64,000 bases of DNA, taken from contig CM060733.1 in the NCBI GenBank assembly GCA_030704615.1, forward strand, positions 67,456,001-67,520,000, in the 5' to 3' direction. The notes beneath the pieces were generated by a model. That model was not told the DNA's origin. It made no database searches and worked only from the letters and a program-made list of their open reading frames with translations. A program made the translations under genes and the position numbers. This DNA comes from Takakia lepidozioides. Lineage: Eukaryota > Plantae > Bryophyta. How positions within the stretch are numbered: position 1 is the stretch's first letter; each line of letters begins with the position of its first letter. Shown here in pieces: positions 62,510 to 64,000 of the stretch.

Positions 62510-64000
62510 AACTCTCAACATATTTCATCCATTGAACGTTCATTCCTGTGCTGTGTGTGAGCAGCCCAAATGTTAGACCCCAACTGGGCCAGGGCTTTAG
62601 GCTCAGCCTCGAGATTTTGAAAGTTGGTGAACAGAGGTGTAGGAGCCATGTTCTTGATGTTGTGAAGAGGGTCACTGTCTGGTGAGAATACCCTGGACAA
62701 CCCCGTAGCCTAGAGATTGTACTCATAAGACGTAATTTGCCGTAGCCTTGTGGCCATTGACCCCGCGCCCAGTTTGAGCGGGAACAAAAGGGACAGAACC
62801 TTACTCTGTCAGGGGCTGACGTTGGTAGTAAGACTTACCTCCATATAAAGAATTAATCCGGATTTTCCAGATATCCTCTAGAAATCCCTTCACACAAGCA
62901 TCAATCTGCTGTGTGTGATTTGCCCAAAAACTAGGCCTCAGGAGGGCCTGGGCTTTTGGCTCAGCCTCGAGACTTTCAAAGTTGGTAAACAGGGGTACAG
63001 GCACAATTCCCTTAATAGATTTGAAGAGAGCGTCTCTTTGGTGAGAGAACCCCGGACAGTGTATCAGAAAATGAATACTGTCTTCAGATTGCCCACACAA
63101 CGGGCAATTGCACTCTCCCTTTCCTCTCTGATTCTGTTTGCTGTTCAAAGGTAGGCTTCCTGCCCTGAGTTTAAATTTCAGTCTAGTGCCGAGAGTGGGT
63201 AGACCCTTGAGGTCATCCAAGATGTCCTCCCCCATGTCACAGACTGGAAACAAGTTCAGGGAAGTTTTCTGCCTAACTTCATTTTCATCAGACAATCTCA
63301 TGGCAACAGACATGGCTTTGGACACTACAGCCTCTAAGTCAGATTTATCCAGCAGGGTCAAGACTTGCGGATCCAGGTCCAGGTCCTTGAGGATCTCTTC
63401 TACTCTCTTCTGCCAGGACTTAGCCTGTTTGACAGGGCGGTCCTGTTTCCAAGATATAGAGTCGATTAACTTAGGATATCTGGTGTTGGACATATGTTGC
63501 AGCTGACCCCACCATCTGACCTTGAATTCATCTCGTCAGGAGCTTAAGGACGGAATGCCAAACTCACCCCGAACAGCCACATTGGCTGTTTTGGAGCATG
63601 CTGACATACACTCCTTAAGCACCCCCACTTGAATGGATTCTAGAGACTTAGCCTGGTTGGAGTTATCAACCCATATAGCAGATCCGTACTCCAAGGCAGG
63701 TCTAATAACGCGACAAAGCATGGTTTTCTTAACCTCAGAGTTGACCCCTCTGCAGTGGAAAAATTTAGTGAGCCCCAGAGCTTTGCCCTTGCCAGTTTGA
63801 ACAACTTTCCGGATATGTGCATCCCAATTACAATTGGAGGAGAACTCAACGCCCAGGTAAGTGTAGGAAGGGAGGACCGGGATCTCTTGGGTACCCCACT
63901 GCCACTTAAGATCACTTCCTCCCTCTCCTCTGTCGTTGAATGCTACCACTGCACATTTGCTGACATTAGCCTCTAGCCCCCAAAGATCAAAGTATCTCTT
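62510..64000 (-). mobile_element. Further LINE copies (diverged fragment 62510-62700; copy 62715 to window end)
   Basis: ORFs 62801-63493 and 63536-63949 are near-identical to 54700-55926. Confidence 0.92.

Overview
Eukaryotic, TE-dense land-plant DNA. PLS-class PPR fragments, spliceosomal introns and the ATG9 sequence support a plant; a non-seed plant is my inference. Layout: (1) 1-14.9 kb: decayed block of intronless ORFs (Ser/Thr kinase, RING-H2 protein, coiled-coil ORFs) bracketed by mirror-image arrays of a GCGACCGCC/GGCGGTCGC palindrome. The RING gene is split by a 4.2-kb non-autonomous CACTA element (TSD GAT) carrying PPR gene fragments. (2) 16.0-40.7 kb: two nested, related Mutator-like (MULE) transposons. 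Element B (28166-40103, perfect 9-bp TSD ATTCACATC) sits inside element A (about 16029-40682). Each encodes a GCM/WRKY-like + DDE + SWIM transposase and, divergently, a spliced gene fusing a ParB/Srx-like domain to a beta-class N4/N6 DNA-methyltransferase-like domain. Each also has its own family-specific palindromic motif amplified in non-coding DNA. This transposase + ParB-MTase + motif-array module is the main candidate novel system; both copies are pseudogenised. (3) 40.7-48 kb: Ty3/Gypsy remnants and a third related MULE end. (4) 48-64 kb: 5' part of the host ATG9 gene, with two introns filled by many copies of one LINE family. All domain calls are by eye from motifs; no searches were run.
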